This document shows positions 17,467-27,234 of a stretch of DNA of 32,000 nucleotides, in pieces. Origin of the DNA: Candidatus Methanoperedens sp. (lineage in GTDB: Archaea > Halobacteriota > Methanosarcinia > Methanosarcinales > Methanoperedenaceae); the NCBI GenBank assembly GCA_041494705.1, contig JBGQBI010000003.1, positions 240,001 to 272,000 on the forward strand, in the 5' to 3' direction. The first letter of the stretch is position 1. Each line of letters opens with the position of its first letter. A model generated the notes under the pieces. That model saw nothing but the letters and a program-made list of their open reading frames with translations, had not been told where the DNA came from and searched no databases. The translations under genes and the position numbers were made by a program.

Positions 17467-18231
17467 ATGATTAACCTTTACTTTATCGGCTCGGCAGGGA
17501 GCGGCAAATCCTCGCTAACAGGCGCATACATGGGATGGATGCAGAACCAGGGGTATGATGCGATTACGGTGAACCTTGACCCGGGCATTGAAAACGCGCC
17601 TTACGTTCCTGATGTGGACATCCGGGACTGGATAAAATTGCGCGACATTATGAAAGAGCATGGTGTAGGACCAAACGGGGCGCAGATTATTGCGGCGGAT
17701 ATGCTCGCCCTGAATATTAATGAAATGAAGGAGATAATCGAAAGCTTTGAAACAGAATACGTCATATTTGACACTCCGGGACAGATGGAATTATTCGTGC
17801 TGCGGCAATCTGGAAAATACCTGATCGATGCTTTTGGCGCAGATAAGTCGATAATCGGCTTTCTTTACGACCCTGTAATTTCAAGAAATCCGTCAGGCTT
17901 CATCTCATTGATGCTTCAGGCAGCTTCTGTCCAGGTGAGGTTCAACGTGCCTTTCCTCAATATTCTCACAAAATCCGATCTGCTTTCAGAGGAAGAACGC
18001 GGGAAAATATCGGGCTGGAGCAGGGATTTAATGGCACTTGACGACGCAATCAACAGCGAACGGCCCACATTGCGAAGCCAGTTGAGCATTGAGTTTCTGT
18101 CTGCCCTTAAATCATTTGGCGCAAGCCAGGATATAATTCCTGTATCATCGACTTATGGTTCTGGCATGGAAGATATTTACAATGCAGCACAGCAGATATA
18201 TTTTGGAGGCGAAGATTTGAGCAGGGATTAA
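17467..18231 (+). CDS. GPN-loop GTPase
   Basis: Motifs are the P-loop GSAGSGKSS, the GPN loop HGVGPNGA, and DTPGQMELF. Confidence 0.85.
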   Translation: MINLYFIGSAGSGKSSLTGAYMGWMQNQGYDAITVNLDPGIENAPYVPDVDIRDWIKLRDIMKEHGVGPNGAQIIAADMLALNINEMKEIIESFETEYVIFDTPGQMELFVLRQSGKYLIDAFGADKSIIGFLYDPVISRNPSGFISLMLQAASVQVRFNVPFLNILTKSDLLSEEERGKISGWSRDLMALDDAINSERPTLRSQLSIEFLSALKSFGASQDIIPVSSTYGSGMEDIYNAAQQIYFGGEDLSRD

Positions 18232-18270
18232 GGTGTTAACATAATATAAATTCCAGACGCATGTGTGCCC

Positions 18271-18840
18271 TTAAGAAGGAGACGCACGATTTACATGAAT
18301 CTGTCTAACCTTTGCCGTGCTGAAGGATTTATCCATCAAGTCGCCGATGAGCACAAAAAGTTCGATCAGCAGCAGGAATATAAAAATCACCGAGGAAGCA
18401 GATGGCGGTTGAATACCGTTAGCTGCCATCAGGTTCGCACGTATTGCCATTACGCCTCCTATGAACAACGCAAACAGGAAGCCATTAATTGTCCAGTATG
18501 CATTTTTTCCCCAGGAAAGACGCCATACGAGGAACAGTATTAGGAAAGTGAACCATATCTTAATGCTGATAACACCATTCCCGCCTGAGGTAACGTACAT
18601 GAAGCGGATAACCGGGTTAACTTCCTCCGTGACCCCCCTTATTTGCATCATGTAAGCTGAGGATATCCCATCGCCAACGCCAAATGTCAGAAATGATAAT
18701 ACAAATAAAAGCCTTTGGAGGTTTGTTACGGTTAGAAAGTATTTTATTGGCAGGAGAAATATATCGGCAAATGGGATAGGGTCAGGTTTTTTCTGTTTGT
18801 CTAAAACTTCCCCTGTAAGCGTTTTCTGTACTGTTTTCAT
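18271..18840 (-). CDS. Membrane protein, possibly DUF5658-like
   Basis: Four to five TM helices and a GDGISSAYMM...EEVNPVIRF segment are present. It overlaps the upstream DUF835 gene by 4 nt. The family call is tentative. Confidence 0.5.
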   Translation of the reverse strand: MKTVQKTLTGEVLDKQKKPDPIPFADIFLLPIKYFLTVTNLQRLLFVLSFLTFGVGDGISSAYMMQIRGVTEEVNPVIRFMYVTSGGNGVISIKIWFTFLILFLVWRLSWGKNAYWTINGFLFALFIGGVMAIRANLMAANGIQPPSASSVIFIFLLLIELFVLIGDLMDKSFSTAKVRQIHVNRASPS

Positions 18841-20195
18841 GTATTGTGTGACTTTTCAATTTCAGTGAATTCCATACCATGCTTTAGCTTTTCAAGATTT
18901 TCGCCTTTAAGTCCGGTCTGAATTATCAGGCGGCTGCCCGATGCTTGTGAAATGCTCTTTAACCCCTGAATGAATTGAAGTACACTGCCAAAGCCGTTCA
19001 CCTTTACCAATTCGTCGATACCGTCGAGCAACAAAACCGGGTTTTCCGTTTTTTTCATGAAGTTTGTGAGTACTGTGGCAAGCCGCTTCAGGTCATCAGG
19101 TTTGACGTCTCTCTCAACTGCTTCATTCGATATCCATATCATAGGAGTCGTTTTGATGTTATATTTCTCTCTAACCTGCTGTGGGAACGTTGTTGTTGCC
19201 ACAAGACCAGGTGAACCGTGTTTGACAGCATCCAGAAAGATGGGGTAGCCGTCCCCCTCTACAAGATATGTGCAGCCCGGTCTGAGGTTGTATGCGGGCT
19301 TTGAAATGAAGTTGCTTTTGACAGCATCTTTTCGTAAGGTGCAGAAAGTTACATCGGGACAATCACTGCATCCTGAATATCCATTTTCAGCTACGCATCT
19401 GTAAACCTCACAATCCCTGTACTTCTCAACATTGAATTTACAGCCTGGACAGTGTTTTTCGATAAACCCAGAACATAATAAACAGTCTGCGCCGCAAAAG
19501 GAGGTGATGGAAAGCTCTGGAATGGGCGTTATGAAAAGCCCGTAATGGTAAACTGCATACGCAAAGAAAACCCCCATTATGGCAGGCGCAAGGGTCGAGA
19601 GCGCAAGGAAATATGCGTCAAAGAACATGGGCAGTATTATGTTAATGGTAACTGCTGTCAATATTGCGATTATGGCGCCTGTCAGTATGAGCTTTGACTT
19701 CTGCCGCTCCATGTATTTACTTGCCATGTAATGCCGTAATAAAAGATAGACGCCCGCGACTGAAAAAATTGTTGTGAACAAAAAGAAATCCAGTCTTGTT
19801 CCTTGCATTGGTAAGAATACGCCTGGTTCTATACGCGATACGTCTGAGGTCCATATCAGGTACAGCAGGTAGATAGACGGTATGATGAACAGGTAGGTGA
19901 AGGGATTTTTAATGACTTTGTCTGTTTTGGTCAGTGAAAGGGCGAAAAGGACGAATAATGTGAGAGAAAGGATTATTCCGCTTAACTGGAGCTTTATGTA
20001 CAGCACTATCTCGCTTACTGAAGCGTTTTCCGAAGTTATACCCAGGTTGTAGGTTCCCACAGCCCAGATTATAAAGGCTATCATCAGGAGCGCAAAGATT
20101 TTGTTGGTGCGTTCATTCGGGTTTTTTGTAAGAACATACGTTCCAAGAGTAGTGTAGAGGAATATGGTAAACAGGGAAATTATTGCACTCAGCAT
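18837..20195 (-). CDS. Membrane sensor-like protein: N-terminal 6-7 TM region, Cys-rich module, C-terminal DUF835
   Basis: The Cys cluster is CGADCLLCSGFIEKHCPGCKF..CEVYRC..CSDCPDVTFC. The C-terminal signature is GLVATTTFPQQVREKYNIKTTPMIWISN..VLLLDGIDELVKVNGF, as I remember the DUF835 signature. Confidence 0.7.
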   Translation of the reverse strand: MLSAIISLFTIFLYTTLGTYVLTKNPNERTNKIFALLMIAFIIWAVGTYNLGITSENASVSEIVLYIKLQLSGIILSLTLFVLFALSLTKTDKVIKNPFTYLFIIPSIYLLYLIWTSDVSRIEPGVFLPMQGTRLDFFLFTTIFSVAGVYLLLRHYMASKYMERQKSKLILTGAIIAILTAVTINIILPMFFDAYFLALSTLAPAIMGVFFAYAVYHYGLFITPIPELSITSFCGADCLLCSGFIEKHCPGCKFNVEKYRDCEVYRCVAENGYSGCSDCPDVTFCTLRKDAVKSNFISKPAYNLRPGCTYLVEGDGYPIFLDAVKHGSPGLVATTTFPQQVREKYNIKTTPMIWISNEAVERDVKPDDLKRLATVLTNFMKKTENPVLLLDGIDELVKVNGFGSVLQFIQGLKSISQASGSRLIIQTGLKGENLEKLKHGMEFTEIEKSHNT

Positions 20196-20252
20196 ATCTG
20201 ATAACTCCTATGAATTTTGCTTTTTGAATGATTTGATTAATGTTACTTTTAA

Positions 20253-21716
20253 CTAAGATTTTTTGAGTGATATACCTAACCCAAGCTCGTTCCAGAGCTT
20301 ATCGATTTTTGATTTTACTCCGGTGTCCATCTTTAATACGCCCGGCCATTCCCTTTCAAAGCCCTCATCCTTTCCCTTTCGTGTGGCATCGATACCCATC
20401 TTCGAGCCAAGATTGGGGAGAGGCGAAGCATGGTCAAGCGTATCGGTTGGCGCCCTGTCAATTATCGTGACATCCGTCGCCGGGTCCATGCGCGTTGTGG
20501 CAGCCCAGAGCACCTCTCTCATATCCTGCACGTTCACGTCGTCATCAAGCACGATTATTGTCTTTGCGAACATCATCTGCCCCATTCCCCAGAGCGCGAA
20601 CATGACCTTTTTGGCATGACCAGGATACCGTTTTTTTATTGACACAATGCATAGGTTGTGGAACACGGCTTCAACAGGCAGGTTGATGTCAACGATTTCG
20701 GGAAGCTGGGCCTTCATGAGAGGGAGGAATATCCTCTCGGTGGCTTTGCCAAGATACGCATCTTCCATCGGCGGGATTCCCACAACTGTTGCATGATAAA
20801 TCGGGTTTTTGCGGTGGGTGATGCAGGTTATGTGGAACACAGGGAATTCATCTGCAAGCGAGTAATACCCAGTATGGTCCCCGAATGGCCCTTCAACGCG
20901 CCGTTCCTTTGCATCCACGTATCCTTCAAGTATTATTTCCGCACGAGCAGGCACATAGAGGTCAACAGTCTCGCATTTGACAAGCTCGACGTTCTTTTTC
21001 CGAAGGAACCCGGCGAACATCATTTCATCGATATTATCGGGCAGCGGGGCAGTGGCTGAATACACGACAGCCGGGTCGGCGCCGATGGCGACGGCGACCT
21101 CTATTTTTCCGTCTTCTGCCGCATCCGCATAATCCCGCGCGCCGTGTTTATGGATGTGCCAGTGCATGCCTGTTGTTTTGCCGTCATAGACCTGCATCCT
21201 GTACATTCCCACGTTCTGCTTCCCGGTTTTTGGGTTTTTGGTGAATACTAGAGGCAGGGTGATAAAGCGCCCGCCGTCCTCTGGCCAGCATTTCAATACC
21301 GGGAATTCATCAAGCGAAAAGCCTTCTCTTAGAATGACTTCCTTGCATGGTCCGCTGTTCACATGTTTTGGCGGGAAGGAGGTAATCTCTGCAACCTTCG
21401 GAATCATCTTGATACCTTCCCAGAGGCTTGACGGCGCTTCGAATTCCAGCAGTTTCCGGATTCTTTCGCCAATTTCATCAAGGTTGTTGACGCCAAGAGC
21501 AAGACACATGCGTTCCATTGTCCCGAATGCGTTGGCAAAAACCGGGTGCTTATAGCCTTTGACATTCTCGAATAACAGCGCAGGGCCGTTGTTTTTTACG
21601 ACCCTGTCCAGTATCTCGGTTATCTCAAGCTCGGCGCTTACTTCGGTTTTTATGCGTTTGAGCAGCCCTTTTTTCTCAAGGACTTCAATGAATTCGCGTA
21701 AATCTTTGTATGCCAC
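20253..21716 (-). CDS. ubiD: UbiD-family (prenylated-FMN dependent) decarboxylase
   Basis: The gene uses a GTG start. The N-terminus is AYKDLREFIEVLEKKGLLKRI. Further motifs are GMYRMQV, HWHIHKHGA and FGDHTGYYS. Confidence 0.9.
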   Translation of the reverse strand: MAYKDLREFIEVLEKKGLLKRIKTEVSAELEITEILDRVVKNNGPALLFENVKGYKHPVFANAFGTMERMCLALGVNNLDEIGERIRKLLEFEAPSSLWEGIKMIPKVAEITSFPPKHVNSGPCKEVILREGFSLDEFPVLKCWPEDGGRFITLPLVFTKNPKTGKQNVGMYRMQVYDGKTTGMHWHIHKHGARDYADAAEDGKIEVAVAIGADPAVVYSATAPLPDNIDEMMFAGFLRKKNVELVKCETVDLYVPARAEIILEGYVDAKERRVEGPFGDHTGYYSLADEFPVFHITCITHRKNPIYHATVVGIPPMEDAYLGKATERIFLPLMKAQLPEIVDINLPVEAVFHNLCIVSIKKRYPGHAKKVMFALWGMGQMMFAKTIIVLDDDVNVQDMREVLWAATTRMDPATDVTIIDRAPTDTLDHASPLPNLGSKMGIDATRKGKDEGFEREWPGVLKMDTGVKSKIDKLWNELGLGISLKKS

Positions 21717-21952
21717 TATACGACCCCGGAAACGCTGTCATCCGACACATTATTCTTTGAGCCGGATTTTTCAAGGCATGCCCTGTGGATGTATCCGAGC
21801 TGCCTCTTTTTCCAGTTCTTCGATTCGTTGCTCATGCCTTCGACGGGTTCATATACGATTAGCATGTTTTTCGCATCCTCAGGGAACATGAGTTTCACAA
21901 AATCGCCGCATAGCAGGCATTTTTTCCAGCGTGTATATTTTCGTTCTGTCAT
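21716..21952 (-). CDS. Small hypothetical protein with CxxC ... HxxC residues
   Basis: The 78-aa ORF has a TAG stop that overlaps the GTG start of ubiD by 1 nt. It lies immediately downstream of palindrome array A. I recognise no family. Confidence 0.5.
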   Translation of the reverse strand: MTERKYTRWKKCLLCGDFVKLMFPEDAKNMLIVYEPVEGMSNESKNWKKRQLGYIHRACLEKSGSKNNVSDDSVSGVV

Positions 21953-21966
21953 AGTTATGTTTACTG

Positions 21967-22059
21967 CGTTACGGGAATATATAAATATGCCGTTACGGGA
22001 TTTTGTGGATTAAATTCCGTTACGGAATATGCACTATATGCACTAATTCCGTTACGGAA
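21967..22059. promoter_or_regulatory. Palindrome array A: four copies of CGTTACGG / TTCCGTTACGGAA
   Basis: Cores lie at 21967-21974, 21991-21998, 22018-22025 and 22050-22057. A tandem 9-bp duplication, tatgcacta, lies at 22028-22045 between copies 3 and 4. The array sits in the divergent intergenic region between the ubiD operon and the RCC1 operon. Confidence 0.8.
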
Positions 22060-22163
22060 TATGTAATTTTAAGACGATAACTTTTTATGCCTTTAATTAA
22101 TAGTTGACAAATCCCAGACTTTACTCAAATCCTCGGATTGGAGTATTGAAAAACGGTGAAAAA

Positions 22164-24371
22164 ATGGAAATTAAAAACGTTTACAGAGGGCGCGCCCTCA
22201 GGATAGCGGCAGGAATTTTGGTGATGGTTTTGTTGTTGACGGGAGGCGCGGGGGCGAAAGGCGTGGATGTTGTGGCAATAGCGCCTGCAACAGCTACACA
22301 GCCCGCATTGAGTGTTACTGTGACTCCAAGCACTTTAACAGCAGGCACAACTACACTTGTGACCTTCACGGTGACCAGTAAGATGGGTGCAGTGGTAAGC
22401 GGCGCAGCAGTCACCCTGACCGGCGCAGCCTCAGGCAGCGGGACTACAAATGCTAACGGCGCAGTAACCCTGACCGTGAATACCGCAAATGCAGGCACAA
22501 TAACGGCAACAGCGAGTAAGACAGGATTCATAAGCGGCAGCACGACCATAACCGCAACAGTGCCTGCGGTGGCAGTGTATATGCCGGTGTATATTAGTGC
22601 AATAGCCCCTGCGGCGACAGAAGTATGGGCGTGGGGAAGTAATTCCAACGGTCAGCTGGGAGACGGCACAACCACCCAGAGTTTATCCCCGGTTAAGGTA
22701 AGCGGGCTTACAGGTACCATAACAGCCATTGCCGCCGGTTATGACCATACTGTTGCCCTGAAGAACGACGGGACGGTATGGGCGTGGGGAAATAATGTGC
22801 TGGATCCGGCATGCGTCGGTACATTCGGTTGGCAGTGTGCTGGAGACGGCGCACACCCTCAGAGTTCATCCGCGGTTCGGGTAAGCTGGACTACAGGTAT
22901 TTTTACACCTGTAAGTTCGCTTACAGGCGTAAAAGCCATTGCCGTCGGTCAAGTACATACTGTTGTCCTGAAGAACGACGGTACTGTATGGGTATGGGGA
23001 GATAATAACGCCGGTCAGCTGGGAGACGGCTTAACCTATCCGATGTTCGGAGGAGCGGGTTACCCCGTTTCGAGTTCATCCCCGGTACAGGTAAGCGGGC
23101 TTACAGGTATAACAGCCATTGCCGCCGGTAATTACCATACTGTTGCCCTGATGAACAACGGTACGGTCTGGGCGTGGGGAAGTAATTCCTACGGTCAGCT
23201 GGGAGACGGCACAACTACTAATAGATTTACCCCGGTTAAGATAAGCGGGCTTACAGGTATAACAGCCATTGCCGCCGGTGAAACACATACTGTTGCCCTG
23301 AAGAACGATGGTACGGTATGGGCATGGGGAGATAATGGCTACGGTCAGCTGGGAGATGGCACATTCACCTCCCAGAGATTATCCCCGGTTCAGGTAAGCG
23401 GGCTTACAGGTATAACAGCCATTGCCGCAGGTGGAATAGATACTGTTGCCCTGAAGAACGACGGGACGGTATGGGCGTGGGGAGATAGGGTGATGTCCCC
23501 GGTTCAGGTAAGCGGGCTTACAGGTATAACAGCCATTGCCGCAGGTGGAACAGAAACCGGTGGAACACATGCTGTTGCCCTGAAGAACGACGGCACGGTA
23601 TGGGCGTGGGGATATAACGACTACGGTCAGTTGGGAGATAACACAACCATTGGTAAGAAATCCCCGGTTCAGGTAAGCGGGCTTACAAACGTAAAAGCCA
23701 TTGCAGCAGGTGGTTACCATACTGTTGCCCTGAAAGGTTCTCCTCCAACATTGAGCGTGAGTACAATCCCGGATACAACAGCAGGCACACCTGCAAGCGT
23801 GACCTTCACCGTGACGGGCGCCGGCTCTCCTGTAAGCGGCGCAACAGTCACCCTGATCGGCGCAGCCTCAGGCAACGGAACAACAGATGCAAGCGGCAAA
23901 GTTAACATAACCGTGAACGCCACCGGTGCAGGCACCATAACAGCCACAGCAGGAAAGACAGGGTTCACAGACGGAAGCACAACCATAACCGCAACAGCCC
24001 CTGCCACCACCGCAACCACACCTACAGTTACACCTGCAATAACCCCCCCAACAGGCAGCGCAACCCCCACCATCGTAACCCTTCAGGGAAAACTCACCGA
24101 CAGCGCAGGAAATCCTGTCCAGACAGGAAGCATGAACATCACAATCACCGACTCCTCAGGCGTGCAGGTATGGCAGGAAACCTTTAACGATGTCATAGAC
24201 AACGGTGTGTTCAATATTCCGCTGGGAGCTATACACGAACTCAGGCTTCTATCCGGCAGCATATACAATATGAAAGTGGCGATCGATACCAAATCCAAAA
24301 CATTCTCAACCGTTGACGTTACCTTCGGAGAAAATTTACTTGAGGGCGATGTGATAAAGTTCAAGGCGTAG
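22164..24371 (+). CDS. Secreted RCC1-repeat (beta-propeller) protein flanked by Ig-like domains
   Basis: I trimmed the start to the ATG at 22164, which follows GGTGA. The signal/TM segment is [22 protein letters not shown]1-like units of the form VWAWGxNxxGQLGDGT..[17 protein letters not shown]..HTVAL are repeated. Two similar Ig-like modules ([25 protein letters not shown]) lie before and after the propeller. Confidence 0.85.
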   Translation: MEIKNVYRGRALRIAAGILVMVLLLTGGAGAKGVDVVAIAPATATQPALSVTVTPSTLTAGTTTLVTFTVTSKMGAVVSGAAVTLTGAASGSGTTNANGAVTLTVNTANAGTITATASKTGFISGSTTITATVPAVAVYMPVYISAIAPAATEVWAWGSNSNGQLGDGTTTQSLSPVKVSGLTGTITAIAAGYDHTVALKNDGTVWAWGNNVLDPACVGTFGWQCAGDGAHPQSSSAVRVSWTTGIFTPVSSLTGVKAIAVGQVHTVVLKNDGTVWVWGDNNAGQLGDGLTYPMFGGAGYPVSSSSPVQVSGLTGITAIAAGNYHTVALMNNGTVWAWGSNSYGQLGDGTTTNRFTPVKISGLTGITAIAAGETHTVALKNDGTVWAWGDNGYGQLGDGTFTSQRLSPVQVSGLTGITAIAAGGIDTVALKNDGTVWAWGDRVMSPVQVSGLTGITAIAAGGTETGGTHAVALKNDGTVWAWGYNDYGQLGDNTTIGKKSPVQVSGLTNVKAIAAGGYHTVALKGSPPTLSVSTIPDTTAGTPASVTFTVTGAGSPVSGATVTLIGAASGNGTTDASGKVNITVNATGAGTITATAGKTGFTDGSTTITATAPATTATTPTVTPAITPPTGSATPTIVTLQGKLTDSAGNPVQTGSMNITITDSSGVQVWQETFNDVIDNGVFNIPLGAIHELRLLSGSIYNMKVAIDTKSKTFSTVDVTFGENLLEGDVIKFKA
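22620..23745 (+). repeat. Intragenic tandem repeats of about 150 bp (RCC1 blades) with long identical DNA cores
   Basis: The core (a/g)taagcgggcttaca occurs six times. In several copies it is followed by an identical ggtataacagccattgccgc. Confidence 0.85.
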
Positions 24372-24373
24372 GC

Positions 24374-24721
24374 ATGCCCCGAATGCTATTCCTGCTTCTT
24401 GTTGCAGCCGTCGTAAGCTCTGGCTGCGTGGCAGAAAAAAAGGCGGGGCTAAATGAGAGCCTGCTTGATATCGCCTCCCATGAGCCCGAGGTAAGCTCGT
24501 TCATCGCCCAGAACCCTGATGCCCATCCTGATATTACAGCTCTTGCGCCTGAGACTATCGCGCAGTTATCGAAAAAGTATCCTGCGCTCTACGGCAGCCT
24601 GCCAAACAAGACGCTATATAAGCTCGAATACAAGGGCGAAAGGGGATTGCTTGTGATTGTTGACCTTGAGAATAAAAAGGTGCTGAAGTATTTCAGGACT
24701 GCCGGGGTGAGTTTGCAATGA
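24374..24721 (+). CDS. Small secreted protein or lipoprotein, function unknown
   Basis: The signal peptide has a lipobox-like LLLVAAVVSSGC. The start lies 2 nt after the RCC1 stop, and the ORF overlaps the YVTN gene start by 4 nt. Confidence 0.6.
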   Translation: MPRMLFLLLVAAVVSSGCVAEKKAGLNESLLDIASHEPEVSSFIAQNPDAHPDITALAPETIAQLSKKYPALYGSLPNKTLYKLEYKGERGLLVIVDLENKKVLKYFRTAGVSLQ

Positions 24722-26937
24722 TGAGGAAACTGAAATATGCAGTCCTTTTTTTAATAGTCATATCCTGTTTGGGTCAGGTATCAAGCGCGGCGCCATTTGC
24801 ATATATCACGAACTCTGGTAGCAACAACGTATCTGTAATAGACACGGCAACTGACACTGTTACAGCCACTGTGGAGAATGTAGATATCAGCAGTCCTTAT
24901 GCCGTTGCAGTGAACCCCACAGGAACAAAGGTATACGTGACGAACTCTGGCAGCAACACCGTCTCTGTAATTGACACAGCAACAAACAATGTTACAGCCA
25001 CCGTGCCTGTAGGAAGCCATCCTTATGCCGTTGCAGTGAACCCTAATGGAGCATGGGTATACGTGGCTAACGAGAACAGCAACAACGTATCTGTAATTAA
25101 CACAACAACTAACAGTGTTACAGCCACGGTGAATGGATTATGCATGCCTGAGGGAGTTGCAGTGAACCCCACAGGAACAAAGGTATACGTGACGAGTGGT
25201 GAATGTAGCGAGGTCTCTGTAATTGACACAGCAAATAACACTGTTACATCCACGGTGAATGTAGACAGTTATGGAGTAGCAGTGAACCCTAATGGAGCAT
25301 GGGTATACGTGACTAACGGTTACTCTAGCGGCAGAGTCTCGGTAATTAACACAACAACAAACACTGTTAAAGCCACGGTGAATGTAGGAAGCTATCCCTG
25401 GGGGGTTGCAGTAAACCCGACGGGGACAAAGGTATACGTGGCGAACTCTCACAGCAACACCGTCTCTGTTATTGACACAGCAAATAACACTGTTACAGAT
25501 ACGGTGGATGTAGGAAGCAGTCCTTATGGAGTTGCAGTAAACCCGACGGGGACAAAGGTATACGTGGCGAACCAAGTCAGCAACACCGTCTCTGTTATTG
25601 ACACAGTCACAAACACTGTTACAGACACGGTGAATGTAGGAAGCATTCCTGTCGCTTTTGGTCAGTTTATAACGGATACTACTCCGCCTGCAAGCGTTAC
25701 CAGCCTGGCAAACATCAGCTATGCATCAAACTATATCAACTGGACATGGACTGACCCCACGGATTATGATTTGTCCGGGGTAATGGTATATCTCAATGGA
25801 ACCTTCCAGACCAACGTTACTAAAGGTACGCAGCATTACAATGCAATAGGACTTAGCGCCAATACTTCTTATGAAATAAGTACACGCACTTTTGATAATT
25901 CAGGGAATATCAATCAGAGCTGGGTGAATCATACATCAAGGACAGCAGACGCTGATACCACGCCGTCTGCCAGCATCACGAACCTTACGGCCGGAAGCAT
26001 TGGGCAAACATACATAAACTGGACATGGACTGACCCCTCGGATTCGGATTTTTCTAAAGTAATGATATACCTGAACGGAGTATCCAAACCAGACGTGTTA
26101 AAAGGTGTGCAGTATTACTATGCAGGAGGACTTAGCGCCGATACTGATAATGTAATAAGTACACGCACTGTTGATAATTCCGGGAATATCAATCAGAGCT
26201 GGGTGAATCTCACATCAAGAACAACTCGGGTAACATCATCGGGCGGAAGCAGCGGTGGATATTATCCGCCTCCGACTGCCACGGCGACTGCTACAGCGAC
26301 CCCTACTCCGACGACGACTGCGCCAGTACTTCTATTGAAAACGATAACAGTCTCGCCATCGAATACATCAATTGTTGTAAATAATACAAAGACATTCACA
26401 GCATCAACATATGACCAATTCGGCAACCCGATCACCATTGTAGTGAGCTGGAGCAGCAGCAACAACTCGGTGGGCACAATTGATGCAGCCGGCGTATTTA
26501 CGGCATCAGCCCCAGGAAAAGCTACAATAACCGCAAGAAGCGGAGATGCCAGCGGGACTGCCATAGTAACCGTGACACCTGCAATGGGTTATCGTATATG
26601 GTTGTTAACGCCCCTTATATTCTCTGACATATCGCAAGTAAAAGGCTACAAAATGAGTTTTATTGCAAATCCAACTACATCGGGTTTTTCAAGAGCAGTA
26701 GGGAACTATAAAATCTCTCTAAACCTCTACAGTAGTGGTGTAGGTGGCGTATATAACAATAACAGGTACAAACTTTATCTTGTTCCTGTTCAGGCGCACA
26801 TCTCTTATTCCAATGGTATTACCGTGAATGACCCGATAACCCAGGCTCCCATAAAATCGTTTTTTTTAAATTATATATCTACCAAGATAGATAACTTGTT
26901 AAGAACGGTTGTAAATCTAATCAATTCTGTCATTTGA
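24718..26937 (+). CDS. Secreted YVTN-family beta-propeller repeat protein with two FN3-like modules, a Thr/Pro linker and a Big_2-like Ig domain
   Basis: A signal peptide is present. About 13 units of the form VAVNPTGTKVYVTNSGSNTVSVIDTATNTV occur. Two INWTWTDP modules follow, then PPPTATATATATPTPTTT, then TITVSPSNTSIVV..VSWSSSNNSVGTIDAAGVFTA. Confidence 0.85.
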   Translation: MMRKLKYAVLFLIVISCLGQVSSAAPFAYITNSGSNNVSVIDTATDTVTATVENVDISSPYAVAVNPTGTKVYVTNSGSNTVSVIDTATNNVTATVPVGSHPYAVAVNPNGAWVYVANENSNNVSVINTTTNSVTATVNGLCMPEGVAVNPTGTKVYVTSGECSEVSVIDTANNTVTSTVNVDSYGVAVNPNGAWVYVTNGYSSGRVSVINTTTNTVKATVNVGSYPWGVAVNPTGTKVYVANSHSNTVSVIDTANNTVTDTVDVGSSPYGVAVNPTGTKVYVANQVSNTVSVIDTVTNTVTDTVNVGSIPVAFGQFITDTTPPASVTSLANISYASNYINWTWTDPTDYDLSGVMVYLNGTFQTNVTKGTQHYNAIGLSANTSYEISTRTFDNSGNINQSWVNHTSRTADADTTPSASITNLTAGSIGQTYINWTWTDPSDSDFSKVMIYLNGVSKPDVLKGVQYYYAGGLSADTDNVISTRTVDNSGNINQSWVNLTSRTTRVTSSGGSSGGYYPPPTATATATATPTPTTTAPVLLLKTITVSPSNTSIVVNNTKTFTASTYDQFGNPITIVVSWSSSNNSVGTIDAAGVFTASAPGKATITARSGDASGTAIVTVTPAMGYRIWLLTPLIFSDISQVKGYKMSFIANPTTSGFSRAVGNYKISLNLYSSGVGGVYNNNRYKLYLVPVQAHISYSNGITVNDPITQAPIKSFFLNYISTKIDNLLRTVVNLINSVI
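25684..26232 (+). repeat. Tandem duplication of a 279-bp (93-aa) FN3-like module
   Basis: The string aactggacatggactgacccc occurs at 25738 and 26017. Long shared stretches include ataagtacacgcac..gataattc.gggaatatcaatcagagctgggtgaatc. Confidence 0.8.
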
Positions 26938-27009
26938 TTTAGATATGTAAAAACGGTTGAACTACCTCCTAAATAGACCTGCAAACCTCAAATCCCTTAT
27001 TTTACATCA

Positions 27010-27113
27010 CCCGTAAACTATAAATACTATAGTTCGTATATATGCGAATTGTTGTGGGCAGAAAAAAATAACTTTTTTTGCATACCACCATAATCCCCTT
27101 TCTGCCCACTAAC
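27010..27113 (-). repeat. Inverted repeat element, copy L (about 100 bp), with an internal GTGGGCAG/CTGCCCAC stem
   Basis: The reverse complement gttagtgggcagaaaggggattatggtggtatgcaaaaaaag..ctgcccac..attcgcatatatacgaac aligns to 30620-30715 at roughly 80% identity by hand alignment. Confidence 0.8.
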
Positions 27114-27134
27114 TTTCTTAATGACAAACTTGAT

Positions 27135-27226
27135 GCCGTACGGAAATTTAATAAATATATCCCGTTACGGTATTTACTAAATAAAAAATCCGTTACGGGA
27201 TAATCCGCCGAACATTCCGTAACGCA
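27135..27226. promoter_or_regulatory. Palindrome array B: four copies, one of which lacks the central base
   Basis: The copies are gccgtacggaa at 27135-27145, cccgttacgg at 27161-27170, tccgttacggga at 27189-27200 and ttccgtaacgca at 27215-27226. Spacings are 26-28 bp. The array lies directly 3' of the recombinase gene. Confidence 0.8.
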
Positions 27227-27234
27227 ATATAAAT

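Noticed and set aside
22181-25575. Many minus-strand ORFs inside the RCC1 and YVTN genes (22181-22648, 23076-24364, 24781-25575).
   Set aside because: These are repetitive antisense frames kept open by the biased repeat composition. The plus-strand frames carry clear RCC1 and YVTN motifs and signal peptides.
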